64,000 bases of DNA, from assembly GCF_009914755.1 (NCBI RefSeq), contig NC_060938.1; one strand, given 5' to 3'. The translations under genes and the position numbers were made by a program. Source of the DNA: the human T2T-CHM13v2.0 reference genome, Homo sapiens. Below, one piece after another: positions 52,781-64,000 of the stretch; position 1 is the first letter of the stretch, and each line of letters begins with the position of its first letter. Below the pieces are notes generated by a model. It ran no database searches. It was not told the origin of the DNA and was given only the letters and a program-made list of their open reading frames with translations.

Positions 52781-55700
52781 TGCCAAAATAGTTGTTGGAG
52801 TTTAGAAAAACTCTGCTCTGTATGCACACAGTATGCCTATAAAAATTGTTATCTCATCGTAGACTTAATAAAGTCCAAACTCAAAGGCTGATCAAAGACT
52901 TCTTTGTCCTAGAAAGTACCTGAAGCAATAATCTTTAATGGAAGATCTGCTAGGAGAGTTAAGATGTGGAAGAGATTGATTTCTGCTGGGGAGGACCAAA
53001 GACATATCAAAGACACTTTTTTCAACTTTGGTAGGTTTTAAATACGGAGAAAAATTTACAATCCCAAGGGCACTGCGGACCTATTCTAAAGACAAAGATG
53101 AAAAGGCTGGTTGAAATCTGAGTAAGAGAGGAGGAGTGCATGATAAAACATTGAATGCCAAGCCAAGGATGAATTCATATTCTCTTATGAAGAAACCGTT
53201 AGATAGTTTAGGGGAAGGTAGGACTGTGAGTCCTTCTGGACTTTGCAAATGTTAATCAGATTATAGTCTGGAGAAATGATTGCAAAAAGAGAGCACAGAG
53301 TCAAGGAAGCCAACAGGGAGACTATGGCAATGGGATAGATGAGAGTTAGTACAGATGGAAGCCTTGCTCGTAACTGTAGGGCAAGGAAAAACAAAAGATG
53401 CCGCAGTGGTCAGTTTGTCAAATACCTGGCACTACTAAGATGCAAGATGGGGTCTCGCAACGGGAATAAGAAAACAAGCTAATTGCGATGAAAAAAAAAT
53501 TCCGATTAAATAAACTTATTTTGAATTCATTGTAATCCATTGTTCTGATGTTCTAAACATCAGAAGTTTGTAGATTCCTTAATAAAATATAATCTAAATT
53601 ATATTGTTTTTTGAAAAATATTCCTGCAAATATTTTTTCAGCTGCAAAGGCAGGAACAATGTTGAGAAAGAAAATTTATTTACTTTGTCATTTTGACTCC
53701 AGCTGTAATGGAGAAAGAAGCCTGAACTCTATTTTCAGCTCTTCATGGAAACATCTTAAAATTCTCATTTCTTTATGCAGATTAGGTGCAACTTAAATGG
53801 TTGTATGTTTTCCCCTCTTGAAGACAAAAAAGATTGTATATATGTGACTGCAATAGCATATGAGGCAGTGTTTTTCTGTATTATATTTTTGTTCTTATAT
53901 ATTGCTCCACTGAAGCCCCTGGGGGTTCTAACAGATATTAAATTTGTACAGTAGATCTAAAGGAGTGAGAAGAAGTTCATTTTTTCTGGCTTTTCTTCCT
54001 ATAAGCTCTAGTGACTGCTAAAGAGCAAAGATAGTTAATCTAGTTTAGGTTTAAGGAAATCAGGTAAAGACAAGAGATATTCTAACTACATTTAATTAGA
54101 CATTTCTTACCTAACAAAAGAAAGATGGGGAGATAGGGAAAAAGTATTTCCCACATAGATGTGTGATGACAGATTCTTTAGTGCTGGTTCTAATTGTGTT
54201 CTAGGTGGCCGTTTTTTGTTTATATGTTTTTTTCTTTTTAACCTCCTTTTGTCATAGTGACTTTAGGAAACGTAATGCAAGCCATGGACCTTTTCCCAGG
54301 AAACACACTGCAATAAGCATACAGGTTCAGGGGTATGCAGACTCCCCTAAAACCCAATTACAGACACACCATGAAGAAGTCACTAGCACCACACTTGAGT
54401 GATGTTAATACCCAAGATTATATTGTAAAGATAATAATGTTAAAATAATCACATTGATATGACTGTCTAAAAGTCAATCATGAGTTCAGAGTATATTAAA
54501 AAATAAAAACTCATAGCAGAAGAAGGGCACTTTGGGTATCTTAACACAAGACAGTTAATAAAAGAGTTGGTAACTTCTCATGTCTTAATCACTTTACAGT
54601 AGCCATAATGCAGTCAACTCTTCATCATTCCCAAATAATCTAATAAAGTTATATATTAAGACAAATCAGAAAGATATGGAATAAGTGTCCCCATTCCATT
54701 TGTCTACTCAGAGCTAGCTTCATGCAAGGTACATAACCTCAGTCAAGATTTACTGGGTGTGAATTTTTCAAAAATTTGCTTGCTGTTTGCTTTGATGAAA
54801 TTAATTAAGCACTTTAGTTGAAGAGCACTTTTACTGTACTGCAGGTAGCAGTAAATGCAAAGGTGCTGGTTCTACCATTGTATGGTAAACTTGGGGTGTG
54901 CCTGATCACACCTTAAGCTCTCATTCTTGCAACAAGGCAGTCTGTGAATTCATGGTTGCTAGTGTCTATCAGGAAGCAGCCTCTTGCCTATGACCTTGTC
55001 ACAAGTACCTGTACAGATGACCCTGAGCTTAGAGATTGTAATACTGGCTTCCCATACCCTCTAATGTGGAAGGGATTCAGAAGGGCAATGTGTCATGCCA
55101 AAGAGAAGGTCACTGAGGACTCAGTGGGCCAGCAGTTGCCTGACATTGAGCTGCCGACAGAGCAGAGGCAGGAAGCTTTATGAGAAGCAAAGCTCACGAC
55201 AGGAGGTCCATGTATGGCTGTGCAGGTTGGGCCCTGTGCCAAAGACCCCACTGAAAGGGTTTGCGGACACAACATTCTGCATCCAGAATCACTCGCTTTG
55301 GTGGATAGCAGTGTCTACCTGCAGGGGAAATCTCTTCCCAGTTCTGACAAATGTCCAAATGCCCCACATAGGCTATTGGTGGTCCTGATTCCAGGTCAGT
55401 GGCAGGTACTGACGTCTTCACAAACTCAGTGGGAACAGCCTCCATCACGATCAAAATCAGGACTGAGAGAGGCTGATTCTCTGAGAGAAGTGGAATAAGA
55501 TGATGACATGAAAAACAGGCCAAACCTCAAAATACTGAGGTTATATCAGCTCCCTTTGAACCAAGATTCTACTTTTGGAAGGAAAAAGTTGAGAGGATAA
55601 CCAGTCCTGGATGGAAATTGGAGTTTAAAACACCTGAGTATTTACCCAGATGACCCTGATCAACCTGAGAGAGACAATGCAAAAGTAAAAGAGTTTGCTG

Positions 55701-57103
55701 GAACTAAAATTGCCAAGTTTGTATCCTTACATCCTACTCCAACAGACATATCCAGCCTCTGAAAGTTATTGAATGAATTTCATGTAGGAGATGACTACAT
55801 TTATAGAAAGCCAAGAACTCTATGTTTTTGATGATTAAGCGTAAAAACTTATATATCACATCTATTCCCATATAATTTTAAGTCTCTCCCCCCAGTATTT
55901 ATTTTATTTCCCAGAAGCTCTTGAGAATGCTTTGAATATAGCATATTGTAGATGCTCAATATATTTGCAGACGAAGTGTTTTGCTAATGGCTTAGGATAT
56001 CATGAGGCATGTTTAGCTCTTCCATTGAAGACTGACTGCCTTTTCAGACTCCAAATAACTTATGTCGCTGTTTTTATCACATTGCATGTCTTTGTTGTCA
56101 ATGTTTTGGGTTTTGGCAGAAGAGAGAAGGAAAACCTGTTAGCTATATTTGCACAACATATACAGTCAAACGTTGGCATAGCTACAGGCTAAACCTGATA
56201 AAAATCTGCTCAACAATCTTTCTAAATTAGTTCTTTAATCCTATGAAAGGCAAAAAAAATATTGGGAGATGAACAGAATGCTTAGAAGATGCTAGATTAA
56301 CAATTCTTGAAGCTGAAGATTTCTCTAATTAAATCACAAATAGTGAGACCCATTTCTCCTAGCTATACTATACTCACATCCCTGGCTGAACTATGTAATA
56401 TCTTTAGAGGGTGACATTAAGTGGTCTTCTACCTTTTGTGTGTGAACGTTACTTGTGTCACACTGAGACAGGAAAAAGCTGGACGAGGCACCAATATGAA
56501 AAGCTTTCTTCCTTGTCTGCCTGCTATATGCAACAAACTTTTACTGTAATTATTTCACTTGGTTAAAATATTTTTATATTTATTTATATTTTTGATAGTG
56601 CAAGATTTATATCCAAAATGGAAATCTTTATTGCTTTGCTTTAATTCCAAATGTATCAGGTAAATAGCTTATATTTTCATATTAATAACTCATGGTATAA
56701 ATATTACTTGATATTTTTCTACTTTTCTTCACTGTGTATGGAGCATCATCTCAGCACACATAGACTGCCTTAATCTTTTTAAAAGAATGTATGCTATTAC
56801 ATTGTATAGTCTCCACATAAATATGTATCAATGGAAAATGGATTAAGATGGTTTTTACCTTTTTAGTGCTTTTGCAATCAATATTATATTAAACAACTTG
56901 AACATATATCTCTGTGGATTTTTCAATAAATTTCTCTGGGTCTCTATAAACAGAATTGCCAGGTTAAGCAATATGTGCATTTAAACTGTTGATTTGCATT
57001 GCCAGCCTACTCTAGAATGGTTGTACTACTTTGGACATTAACGTGGCACTTACCATTTTTTTTCAACTCATGATGCATAGAGGAAATGAAAGTGTCTGGA
57101 TGA

Positions 57104-57783
<680 letters not shown>

Positions 57784-58879
57784 AATGGCATGCAGATAAA
57801 CATAGGAAGTTGTTCTCAGCTAGGCAAACCAGCCAGAGGGCTTCAGTTACACCTAAGGTTAAGAGTATGAGTATTCCTCCAGACCATTTCTGACGCCCCA
57901 TATAGGAAGCATTATTCTGACCAACAGTGTGTTGAAGTCTATTATCAACATTTTAAAAAATCTCCATTCTAATCAGCAAAATTCCTTTTTTAATTTTATA
58001 TTTCTTTGACAATTAGTGACATTGAAATTTTTTTTTTATGTCAATGGATGTCTGTGTTTTTCTAAGAATTAGCTCTACATGTGCTTTGTCCATGTAACCC
58101 CAACCTGTGCCACCTGGATGTTCCCAACTCCACACTTCTGAACACTCTTTCCACTGGATAAGCCCTCTCCCCACACCCTAGAGAATCATTACCCTTTCCT
58201 CATCGTTTCTGAGAGTTTGGCACATGGTGGGGTTGGTTATACCCATTGGCTCTTCCCTTGTGGCTGCTGTTCTTATTCAACCACTTGCCCTCACCCCGTG
58301 AGGGACACCACTCCTTTTTTTGACTAACACAGTGTTAATAGAAGCCCGTTTAAGTTGTAAATGTTTAAGCAAATTTGGAGTCAACACGGGGTTACAACAT
58401 AGAATAGCCCACGCATCATAAACAGTATTAGACTTCAGTGTTCCCAGGATGGATCTTTGCCACGCCCACCAATGGGAGACTTTCTCAGCTACCCTGTACC
58501 TGCTTAGTTCTTACTTAAGCTTCTCCACACTTCTTGGGCCCTTTCTTTTCCCTGTGTCTACCTTTCTCCAAATTCTAGACTCCATAGTCTCTCCATAAAC
58601 TCTAAACTTCTGTTAGTTTAAATATCAGGCAATCTTGATCGTGTACCTACACTTTTCAATTAAGCTAAAACTGGAGGACTTCTTCTCAGACTATAAGGTC
58701 CATCAAAGTGTTTCCTGAACAGGAAACGCATTCTCTTCTGTGATAAAGATAAAAATACTGTACCCTTTCCGTCATTTCTGTTGTTGTCTTTTTAAAGAAG
58801 ATGTGCCCCATTTTTCTAGTGGGCTGTTTGCTTTTCATTTTCATTTGTAAAAAAATCATTTATATCTTATTTTTACCAC

Positions 58880-59050
58880 TCACAAGCTGCATGCCTTGGA
58901 TAAGTTTTTAAATTTCTCACTATCTCAGTTTCCTCATCTGTAAAATGAGTCTAACAGTAGGACATACGTTAAAGTCATTGAACAAACCAGATATATACTT
59001 ATTCCAATTACTAGCATGTAGTAATCACTGTATATATTAGCTATTATTGT
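58880..59050 (+). mobile_element. MIR SINE
   Basis: ccttggataagtttttaaatttctc...tctcagtttcctcatctgtaaaatg. Confidence 0.85.
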
Positions 59051-60527
59051 TATAATTAGTACCATTATGAAGAATATTAACCTTTTCTGTGTATTGTAAC
59101 TAATTTTCCCAGTTTATAATCTGCATTTCTAGTTTTTGCCCTCAATCTTTTATTCTACAAAAATTCTTAGGTAATCTGTCAGGTGTTTTCTTTTATGCTT
59201 TCTGCCTTCCCCATCATGTTAAGAAAGACTTCCCCCACCCCAAGATTATTTTTAAGAAATCATTTTCACGTTTATATTTACTATTAAATTATTATTTAAC
59301 CTGGAAACATTTGTTAAAAGTGCTAGACAGGAATGCAATACCTCTACTCACCCAAATGAATATTCTCGTATCCTCAGAATCTATAAAGGAGTTCTTTAAA
59401 CTCGAAATTTAATAAGGATAACAAAAGATTCATCATAGAATAGGTGTATATTTTTTATCATGTAATGGGCTTAAATAAGCATAAAATGGACACAAGACTG
59501 TAAACCACAATTACTGGGTTCTTACTTTAGCTTCTAGACCTTCCTCAGTAAGGCCTTTGTGAAACTTGAGCCAGGTTCATGGAGAAAAATATCCTCATGG
59601 AAGAGTTTGGATTCTCCTATTCTCACTTTCTATTTAGCACGATCCTCACCTACCTAAGGGCTCCACACTCTCTGTTAGTCTGAATTTGGAGACATTGTAG
59701 CAACAAGACTTAAATTTCTTTATATTAATATAAAGCCTGTGATACATGGCGGGGGGCAGGGGTGGGTATCAGTTCCATGCAGACCAGACGTAGGCTCTTC
59801 CTCAACTGCTTATGAAGACTTCATCCCTGATCTTTCTAGCCACTGCAGATCCCCATGATAATGAAACCTAAGGAGATCTATCCTTCAACAAACTCAGCTT
59901 CATTCCTGCTGCGGCTGCCAATCACTCAAAAACAGCTTCTATTTCTCTGTACTCTATGTCTTTGAGTTTGGAGAGAAAGAAGTAGTAGAAAAAAGCAGCT
60001 TTGAGCTGGCTCCTACAACTCTATCCAGCCTTTCAGGAATTTATGGCACTTTCTTGATGAGATTACCACATGTACCGCTCATAGATTTTGAAACTTAAAT
60101 TTCACTGTGGGGGTATTTTAAGCCTACTTGGACTAAATAGTCATTCTGCTATACTGTGGGCTCACAGGGGGAAAACTGTACTGCAAGATACCCAGCCCTA
60201 GGTGTAGGGAGAATAAACATCTGTGTGAAAGAGAGATGAAAAATCACCCTCGATGGATTGTTATGGAACCTACAATTTCATTAACATCCTTTTTAAAGGC
60301 CTCCTTGAGAATACAAGTGTTTGCATCTCAATTAAATAGGCATAACCATTTTTTAAATTGTGAATCACAAAAATTTATGTATCTCATAATTCAGTGCTCG
60401 TGATAGCATTAAATTAGTGGAAATTAATAGGGAAGTGGTCACAAGCAGGTGACAGGGGTTAGGGATGGGAAAATATAAGTTGTAAAGTGTAGTTGAAAGA
60501 GGACTAGTTTGAAGTCAGAATACTCCA

Positions 60528-61140
60528 GTTCATTCATTCACACACAAAAAATTTAATCACAAATTAGTATGTGCTGAATAATGTGTATGACGGGGAGTAT
60601 ATGCTGGTGACTAGGACAGATATGTCCTCAGCCTCGAGGGAGCTTATACACTGTTGAGGAAGACCAATGGGTAGATACATAATTAGAAATGGCTATGCGT
60701 GCCACAGGGGCAAATGAGCAGGGTGTGGAGATAGGAACAGACTTTAGAGGGGGGACTTTTTCATTAGATTGGTCAAAAAAGGGGCCTCTGAGGAGATGAT
60801 TTTTAATTCAAAACCCAAAGCATGATCAGGAGTCAGTGATGTGAATGAATCAGACAGAGAGGAAATCACATGAGAAGACCCAGAGAAGTGAAAAGATTAT
60901 GGAGTTTGAGGACCTACTGGGGGTTGCATGACTGGAAAATGATGGAAACAGCAGAGAAAAACATAAGATGAAGTTGAAGGGTAGGCAGAGGTCGCAGCAT
61001 GAAGGGCATTCCCAGCTACCCTATGGACTTTGGGCTTATTTGAAGTGAGGGGAAGTCGTAGGAAAGTTTTAAGCAAAAGAACATGTGATCTGATTTGCAT
61101 TTAGAACTATTTTCTGGCTACTGTACGGGAATTAGACTGT
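60528..61140 (-). mobile_element. L2 LINE 3' region
   Basis: ttcattcattca start, ggcctctgaggagatgattt, ggactttgggcttatt...tttaagcaaaagaacatgtgatctgattt. Confidence 0.8.
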
Positions 61141-61574
61141 TTTTATAGTCTCGACTCTGCCTTAATTTGCTATTAGATCCAGCCCTGTGGATTGTAGATG
61201 CTCTCTAAGTTCCCTTCAAGTTGTAAAATCTCAGACTCTTACTAGCTCTAATGAAAAGGTGTGATGGAAAACTGGGAGAAATGTGTATCTTGGTGGTGAT
61301 GGGGATTTGGAGATGATATGTTAGAAACCGCTAGATGGGTATTTACGGCAGTGTGGAAAAATGACAGTCAAATGGTTCATGTCACAGGCTTATCCAGAGT
61401 CAATCTTTCCTACATGCCAGAAATGTGAATAACACACATCTTTACTTAGCACTGCTTGACCTGATAATCCTTTATTTACATTTGGGAAATCTAGTTCAAT
61501 AGTCTTTTGTACACTCACCAAATATTTATTGAATGCTTTGTATTTACATAGCACTGGGAGGGACACAAAGAAGG

Positions 61575-61790
61575 TGGTGTGATCTAATGAAAAACATGTG
61601 GGACGTGGAGTCAGTTCTGAATTTACATCCCAGCCGTACCATTTATTAAACCAATAATGTCAGGTCTCTGAGTCAATTCCCACTTCTGAGAAGTGAAAAT
61701 GATGACACCAACCCGAATGAGATGATATACATCAAGTACCTAATATAAGCATCTATCGCAGAGTAAACACTCAATAAACATGTGCAACAT
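61575..61790 (+). mobile_element. MIR SINE (degenerate)
   Basis: ggagtcagttctgaatttacatcccagc...ctctgagtcaattcccacttctg...gtaaacactcaataaac. Confidence 0.65.
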
Positions 61791-64000
61791 TTTAGGATCT
61801 CAGTGACTGTTTCTCACGAGGCAGGCAACTTAATATGCAGTCTATTCTTCCAATATAGTAAAGTGAGTTCAAGATTGCAAACTCATTTCTCATAAGTTCC
61901 TAAAAGCCTGTATTTTTTCTAATGTAAAAGGGAAACAAGTTGAACAGTCACACTAAGAAAAATTGTTATCTAGCAATATCTATTCCCCGGAGAAATTTAG
62001 CCTTTCAATTTTTCTCTTAAGAAATAGATATGTACAGGCGTTTGCAATTTTGTTGACTTGTATATTTCCCCCATAGCTCATGAGGCCTGTTCAAATACAA
62101 ACTTGGCTTTCATACAAAGCCCTTGATTTGTAGATAATACAGTCCTAAAAGGTGCTATGTGGAACTCTCTTTAGCAACATTTCTTAAAGCTTAAGATCTT
62201 CTCATTCAGACACTGGCATTAGAACTGAATCGTATTTTTGGCTAAAGAAAATAGCATAAGCCACTACAGGATTTTCTTTTCATTTTTGCAAAGGATTCAT
62301 CAACTTGTCATAGAAGCAGCAGGGCTGACTCCTCTACCATTCCTTCTCTACTAACTGACACTGATGCTTGTATTTATAAGAAAGCTAAGTTCTAAAGGCC
62401 AAAAGAAAACCAAACACCCTGTTGTAAATAGCCGAGAGACAGATTTCATAATATGTGTACAAATATTAATGTTTTAGCATAAGCAATACAAACATCTTGA
62501 ATGAGTTTTGCATCTTTATACTGCAAAGCGGTATCCTCTCTGAAATAAAACTCAAGCAAAATATTTAACTAAAACGATCACTTGCAGCATGTGGGAGGTA
62601 AGGTTTAAATGGCAATTTCTTTCTAAAAGACATAGCCAGAGTCTAGAGTTAGTGTCACTTATACCTGACCTCAGAATATGCATATGGAGGTAAATATTCC
62701 TATTAATTCAAACGCACTGGTACCTGCCATGGCCTTACTTTATTTGATGTATTCTTTTTACAGTGGGGTCCCCACTGTATCATCCAGCTCGCCCAGACAG
62801 CAATGACTTTGTTGATGCAGTATTCTCAGGAGCTGCTTACCTCACCCAATCTTCTTTATGTATAGAATCTGAAATTGAAATTGCAGTTGTCTACCTAGTT
62901 TAAGTACCCTTAGCTACCCTTACCTTCTTTTTCAACTTATAAAGCACTTATCCAGAATGATTGAATCCCTATCCCCAAAACAACCTATATATAATCTAAT
63001 GATCAGTTATGTATAAATGCAAAGATACATGTCATATGGCTATAGTTTTATATCTTTATCCTTATTCTTGAAATTCTCACCCATGACAATTTGTTCTATT
63101 TGTGCTAAGGATCTTTACTGGTCCTCTATTAAAATGCAAATACTTTAACAGACTTTCTGGGACTTTCAGCCAGGGATTGGCTTTACTGTCCTTACTATAA
63201 ATGTGTTTACCTGAGTAGTAACTGCAGAGGTAGCTGAGATTTAAGTCGATATGGAATATGACATCAGCAGTTTCTGATAAGCTGACAGGACAGAGTGTGG
63301 GAAAATAGTCTTAAAGCAAGGGGATGACCAGAGGAGGTGAGGAGACAGTCTTTCGTGGATTCTCATGTAGTTAGAAGAATAGCGTGAAGGCCTTGAGTAC
63401 TCAATGTAGGAAGAAAAAGAGTAGCCTGGAAGAAGAAAGAAGCTCTAAAAAGTGAGTAGGAATATCCAGCCATCGGTTTACTTCTTCATAGTCTTAGAAG
63501 TGACATTTTTGTTCCATAAGTGATTCTACCTCAGTACATGTTTCAGAAGGTGCTTGGCCTATGTGCTGTCTATATCTGACATATGATAGTGTTAAAACAG
63601 ATAACACAAAAAGTTGCTTTCTACTCAAACATTCCATGAACTCACTCCCCAGTGAGGAAGATGGAGGCAAAAGCGAAATCTCCTTCATTTGTCCATAAGA
63701 ACATTGATTTGTTTATGCCACAGATACATAAATAGCAAGGCAAAACCTCCACAATGGAATTCATGCAATTTTCATGGAAACTAGAGTGTGACAGCCAAGG
63801 CTGGAAAACTGACATTGGAATAATATCATTCTTATAAGCCATCACCCTGATTAAAATGGAAAGTTGCCAGGGGCTTGAAAGGGGTTTCAGATGAATGGTT
63901 TCATTTGTTTTGAGGATATTTGCAAACCCTAGATTCAATCATGTACTCATACATTAAAGGACCTGGTGAAAACAAAGACACTCTTGAGATACTCTGAATG

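Noticed and set aside
53543-53565. 10-bp-arm hairpin; similar 8-9-bp ones at 4981-4999 and about 48392-48411
   Set aside because: Short AT-rich inverted repeats at about chance frequency.
54944-55523. Cluster of overlapping 60-109-aa ORFs
   Set aside because: There is no recognisable domain or consistent splice frame; such ORFs are expected from locally higher GC.
59748-59766. G-rich ggcggggggcaggggtggg as a G-quadruplex
   Set aside because: It lacks four separated G3 tracts.

Overview
This window is AT-rich, CpG-depleted primate DNA, most likely human or ape, judged by the Alu, L1PA, THE1 and MER41 content. It is intergenic or deep intronic, with no CpG island and no recognisable host protein-coding exon. 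All long ORFs in the track come from repeats (L1 ORF1/ORF2 remnants, THE1-int, antisense Alu). The bulk is nested transposable elements: a dead near-full-length L1PA (12.0-17.8 kb), older L1M/L2/MIR fragments, seven Alus and one FLAM monomer, a complete THE1C provirus, an MLT1 LTR-int-LTR, and solo MER57, MER66-like, MER41B, MLT2, MST and THE1 LTRs, many with target-site duplications. I see no evidence for a new multi-gene system. The most unusual signals are two DNA-repair or template-switch scars: an Alu whose middle is replaced by a 166-bp inverted copy of sequence 1.5 kb upstream, and an old L1 with an internally inverted segment and templated junctions. Next come a MER41B LTR retaining both STAT1 GAS sites and several speculative lncRNA-type exons. 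Subfamily names come from recall of consensus sequences rather than a search, and boundaries of old repeats are approximate.
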